A DNA stretch of 32,000 bases from an uncultured bacterium (lineage in GTDB: Bacteria; Patescibacteriota; Gracilibacteria; UBA1369; PNNO01): the NCBI GenBank assembly GCA_963704705.1, contig OY969931.1, positions 750,001 to 782,000 on the forward strand, read 5' to 3'. Below are positions 27,684-32,000 of the stretch, in pieces; position 1 is the stretch's first letter, and each line of letters opens with the position of its first letter. The notes under the pieces were generated by a model. The model was not told where the DNA came from. It did no database searches and saw nothing but the letters and a program-made list of their open reading frames with translations. Made by a program: the position numbers and the translations under genes.

Positions 27684-27823
27684 TTTGCTTTCCTCCTGTG
27701 TTTCAAGAATCTGTGTCGCCTATATCTTTTCAAACATCAGCTCAGAATTGAGCAATGCAAGATATCAAAAATAGGAATAAATATATAACAAAAAAATCCG
27801 CCTTTTGAAAGCGAATTATTGAA

Positions 27824-27900
27824 TGGTGGGCTTGCGTGGATTTGAACCACGGACCTCGTCGTTATCAGCGACGCGCTCTAACCAACTGAGCTACAAGCCC
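27824..27900 (-). tRNA. tRNA-Ile(GAU), encoded CCA
   Basis: The reverse complement is GGGCTTGTAGCTCAGTTGGTTAGAGCGCGTCGCTGATAACGACGAGGTCCGTGGTTCAAATCCACGCAAGCCCACCA. The anticodon loop is CTGATAA. Confidence 0.9.
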
Positions 27901-28005
27901 TCGTCGAACTACTAATTGCTGATTGCTAATTGATTTGTCAGCCTCGTTATTTTGCCAAAATAATATGTTATTTGCAAGTGTAATTTGATTATGTATTATG
28001 TATTC

Positions 28006-29952
28006 ATGAAACTTATTTCAAAATTGATCAAAGAAAAGCAAATCGTATTTATTAGCCTTATTATAGGGCTATGGGCGATTGTTATCTTTACTAAATACGG
28101 AGGTCAGAGCTTATTAATTCATTATTTATGGCCGCTAATTGTTGCAGGTAGTTTGATATTTCTTTTTAGAAAAAAATGGCTTAAAAACAAAGTAAGCTGG
28201 CTCCATGTTTTTGCGTTAATGGGATTGGCAGCTTATCTGTTTACTTTTTTATTTGATCTCACACCTTCTGATGGTTCGCTTGAATTAATCAATATAAGTT
28301 TCGGGATTTTGCTGGCAATTGTATTAAGTAATGTGGAATGGGAAGATAAAACTTTTAAATGGTTATTTGCCGGAATTATAATTGTTATTTGTTTGATGGA
28401 TGTTTGGGGAATTATCAGTTATGCGGCAGGCCATCCTTTTAACAGGCTTGTAGGACCTTTAATTAAACCTAACGAAGCGTTTTCAGGCTTTCCGAACCTT
28501 GCTGCCAATTTAAATCTGCTGGCCCTTTTACCTGCATTTTACTTTTTTATTAATGCTCACTATAAATCACGAATTATTTCTTTGGGTGTAATAATTGCCA
28601 ATATTGTAATTCTAACCGGCTTATTCTTAACTTATTCAAGAGCAGCATGGTTTGCAGCTGCTTTTATATTTATTGCTGTTTTAATTGGCTTATTTGTAAA
28701 ATTCTGGAAAAACAGACGAGTAATATTAAAATTTGTTATTAATGCGTCTTTTGTATTGTTGCTAAGTATTATTCTGTTTATTGGAATCAATAATATTCGC
28801 TCTTACGGTGAAAATATAATTAATGCAGGTGATAAAATTGCTTTTCAATCAGATGACGAAGGCAGCTCAGTTAGTGAAAGAGTGGCATCAATTGAAAGAA
28901 GTATCAAGATGACGCTCGATCATCCTTTAACAGGTGTTGGCGCTGGAAGTTTTAATTATGTTTCACAAAGTTATGAACAAGATTTTTATACACTTTCAAG
29001 CTACCCATATAGCCTTCCGTTCAAGTTACTGGCTGAACATGGTATCGTTGCATTTTCTTTAATAATATTATGGATAGTCGCTTTGCTTGTATTGGCTTTA
29101 AAAAAGGAAAAAGAATACAAATTGGTTGCAGTATTAACTGTTATTGCATTGCTTATCCATCATTGCATGGATAATAATTTTGATTTTTTTGCAGCAAGTT
29201 TGCCTACATTTTTAATACTTGGAATGGTATGGCCGGATATCAAAGCAAAATCATTATTCAAAAATTCAATAGTAATAATAATCGTTGGAATATTAACTAT
29301 CACAGGTATTTTATTTGTAGGTTACGAAGGCTTTAACGGCATGTATTATATTAGCGGAAGAAACGCAGCAGGAGCAGGAAATCATGCACTTGCCGTTGAA
29401 AATTACACAAAATCTTTTAAGATGATATTCAAGCGAGATGCAAGACTTGCAGCAGCAAATAGTTACTTTGAGCTGTATAAATCTTTAGATCAAGAAAGAT
29501 ATCTAGAGGAAGCCGAAAAGTTACTTGCTGACTATTTAACATATGACAATCCTTTAGATAAGCGTGCGGCTTTGTTAATTGCTAAAATCAGCGCAGAACA
29601 AAATAATTATTCTCAATGCTTAAGTTCTGTTAAATTAGCGCGAAAAATTGGAGGTCAAAATGACTTCGAATCAGACTATTACAACCTACTTTGTACAAAT
29701 GATTTATACAAAAGGTTGGATGTTTTTGATTCAATCCTTCCGAAGCTTGAAAAATATTATGAATTATTAAAACTTAATGCGCATATGACTGTTCTTACTG
29801 ACAATCCAAAATATGCGATTAAAATCCTTGATTTAATTAGTAATGATTACCCTGAGTATCTCCCCTTTTATTATGAAATGCTTGATTTAGCTGTATTGGA
29901 AACAAAAAAATTCCATAATAAGTATGGAATTGATGCGAAAATAAAGTTTTAA
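28006..29952 (+). CDS. O-antigen ligase/polymerase-family (Wzy_C-like) polytopic membrane protein with a C-terminal TPR-like helical domain
   Basis: At least 10 TM segments. TYSRAAWFAAAF and HPLTGVGAGSFNYV ... LLAEHGIV match motifs of the O-antigen ligase family. The C-terminal ~190 aa are soluble helical repeats. The track start is TTG at 27985. ATG at 28006 fits a TTGCAA-N16-TATTAT promoter (27972-27999) that would give a leaderless mRNA. Confidence 0.7.
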   Translation: MKLISKLIKEKQIVFISLIIGLWAIVIFTKYGGQSLLIHYLWPLIVAGSLIFLFRKKWLKNKVSWLHVFALMGLAAYLFTFLFDLTPSDGSLELINISFGILLAIVLSNVEWEDKTFKWLFAGIIIVICLMDVWGIISYAAGHPFNRLVGPLIKPNEAFSGFPNLAANLNLLALLPAFYFFINAHYKSRIISLGVIIANIVILTGLFLTYSRAAWFAAAFIFIAVLIGLFVKFWKNRRVILKFVINASFVLLLSIILFIGINNIRSYGENIINAGDKIAFQSDDEGSSVSERVASIERSIKMTLDHPLTGVGAGSFNYVSQSYEQDFYTLSSYPYSLPFKLLAEHGIVAFSLIILWIVALLVLALKKEKEYKLVAVLTVIALLIHHCMDNNFDFFAASLPTFLILGMVWPDIKAKSLFKNSIVIIIVGILTITGILFVGYEGFNGMYYISGRNAAGAGNHALAVENYTKSFKMIFKRDARLAAANSYFELYKSLDQERYLEEAEKLLADYLTYDNPLDKRAALLIAKISAEQNNYSQCLSSVKLARKIGGQNDFESDYYNLLCTNDLYKRLDVFDSILPKLEKYYELLKLNAHMTVLTDNPKYAIKILDLISNDYPEYLPFYYEMLDLAVLETKKFHNKYGIDAKIKF

Positions 29953-30029
29953 TGGTGGAGCTGAAGGGAGTCGAACCCTTGACCTCCTCGGTGCAAGCGA
30001 GGCGCTCTAGCCAACTGAGCTACAGCCCC
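29953..30029 (-). tRNA. tRNA-Ala(UGC), encoded CCA, with the G3:U70 identity pair
   Basis: The reverse complement is GGGGCTGTAGCTCAGTTGGCTAGAGCGCCTCGCTTGCACCGAGGAGGTCAAGGGTTCGACTCCCTTCAGCTCCACCA. The anticodon loop is CTTGCAC. Confidence 0.9.
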
Positions 30030-30048
30030 ATAATAATTTATTGGGGAT

Positions 30049-30438
30049 TTATTCTTCTTTTTTTGATTCGGTTCCTACTTCGGAACCTTCAATAGAGCTC
30101 GCCTTCGGCTCGCTCGGTTCAGTCATAATAGCATTCTCTTTCATCATTGGTTCTTTTTCTTCTTTTTCTACTTTCTTTTCTTTTTCTTTTCTTTTCATGT
30201 TCATAAATCCGTCATATAGAACATCTTTTAAAGAAAACAAACTCCATATAACAAATAATATAATTAATGGCATGCTATTAATCTGCCATGCGTATACTGA
30301 TAACAATGCAGCACCAATCAAATTAATAAAATCATATTCAAAATCTTGAGTTTTCCATCTGCCTATTTGATTTAGGAGGAATGCCACAAGAAGTACAAGT
30401 GCTCCTATATATCCAATTATAGTGTTAGCTTCTAACAT
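30049..30438 (-). CDS. Small 3-TM membrane protein with a K/E-rich C-terminal tail, hypothetical
   Basis: 129 aa with three hydrophobic helices in the first ~75 aa, then KRKEKEKKVEKEEKE. It is co-oriented with the 16S and tRNA-Ala and lies between them. Confidence 0.6.
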   Translation of the reverse strand: MLEANTIIGYIGALVLLVAFLLNQIGRWKTQDFEYDFINLIGAALLSVYAWQINSMPLIILFVIWSLFSLKDVLYDGFMNMKRKEKEKKVEKEEKEPMMKENAIMTEPSEPKASSIEGSEVGTESKKEE

Positions 30439-30695
30439 GATGATTGTTTAAATTGATACGCAAAAGCAAGTTTATATAAATTGATGATTAAGGTCAAGAA
30501 ATAATTCATCATGCTTTGCTAATTCTCATACCTAAGCAAAAAAAGCCGCTTTAATTTTTTGCGACTCTTTAATGTTTTTAACATTCAGAGCGTAATAGAG
30601 AAACCTCTGCCGTTTCAAATAAATGAAACGTGCTCGACCATATAGCACTGCATGCTAACAAATAAATGTTAACACCGTTCTACATGACTCCTTAG

Positions 30696-32000
<1,305 letters not shown>

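Noticed and set aside
27369-27774. Plus-strand ORFs (71 and 130 aa) within the high-GC islet.
   Set aside because: They give Ser/Cys-rich improbable sequences with no ribosome-binding context. The minus-strand 138-aa ORF has AGGAGG-N8-ATG and a plausible globular composition.
27217-27830. Direct repeat of the tRNA-Ile 3' end (att site) at the far edge of the high-GC islet, and an integrase gene.
   Set aside because: I compared the tRNA 3' segment (TGGTGGGCTTGCGTGGATTTGAACC) with 27217-27270 by eye and saw no match. No integrase or recombinase ORF is present. Classical tRNA-targeted island integration is therefore not supported.
30041-30349. A plus-strand 102-aa ORF opposite the 129-aa membrane protein gene.
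   Set aside because: Its SFSSFSTFFSFSFLF low-complexity sequence is simply the antisense of the K/E-rich tail codons. The minus-strand ORF has three well-formed TM helices.

Overview
This is a low-GC window (about one third G+C in sampled lines) with densely packed genes. It most resembles a Candidate Phyla Radiation / Patescibacteria-type genome. The 16S carries atypical variants of universal blocks, for example GATACCCCGGTAGTCC and GATAAGCGAGGAACCTTACC, and native genes lack Shine-Dalgarno sequences.

Housekeeping genes: purA, a 5-formyl-THF cyclo-ligase next to glyA, lepA, tRNA-Leu(GAG) and tRNA-Val(UAC).

Envelope genes: an AEC permease, a parvulin lipoprotein, a histidine-less HtrA-like protein, and an orphan family-5 solute-binding protein directly upstream of a HAMP-PP2C sensor phosphatase.

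The main structural feature is a dismantled rRNA operon on the minus strand. Its order is 16S (partial, runs off the window end), a 129-aa membrane protein gene, tRNA-Ala, an O-antigen-ligase-like gene on the opposite strand, tRNA-Ile, a small high-GC foreign gene, a four-gene MacAB/YknXYZ-like ABC exporter on the opposite strand, three small secreted or membrane protein genes, then 23S and 5S.

Candidates for undescribed biology:
- A PrgI-like gene, a stand-alone VirB4 N-domain gene and a 114-aa gene forming an operon that abuts the 5S.
- A signal-less 770-aa protein combining NlpC/P60-like and lytic-transglycosylase-like domains.
- A separately promoted and terminated gene for a cysteine-rich lipopeptide-like protein, lying near the ABC exporter.
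- A 23S precursor processing helix whose leader arm can alternatively fold into a local hairpin.

All product calls come from motif recognition by eye. No searches were run.
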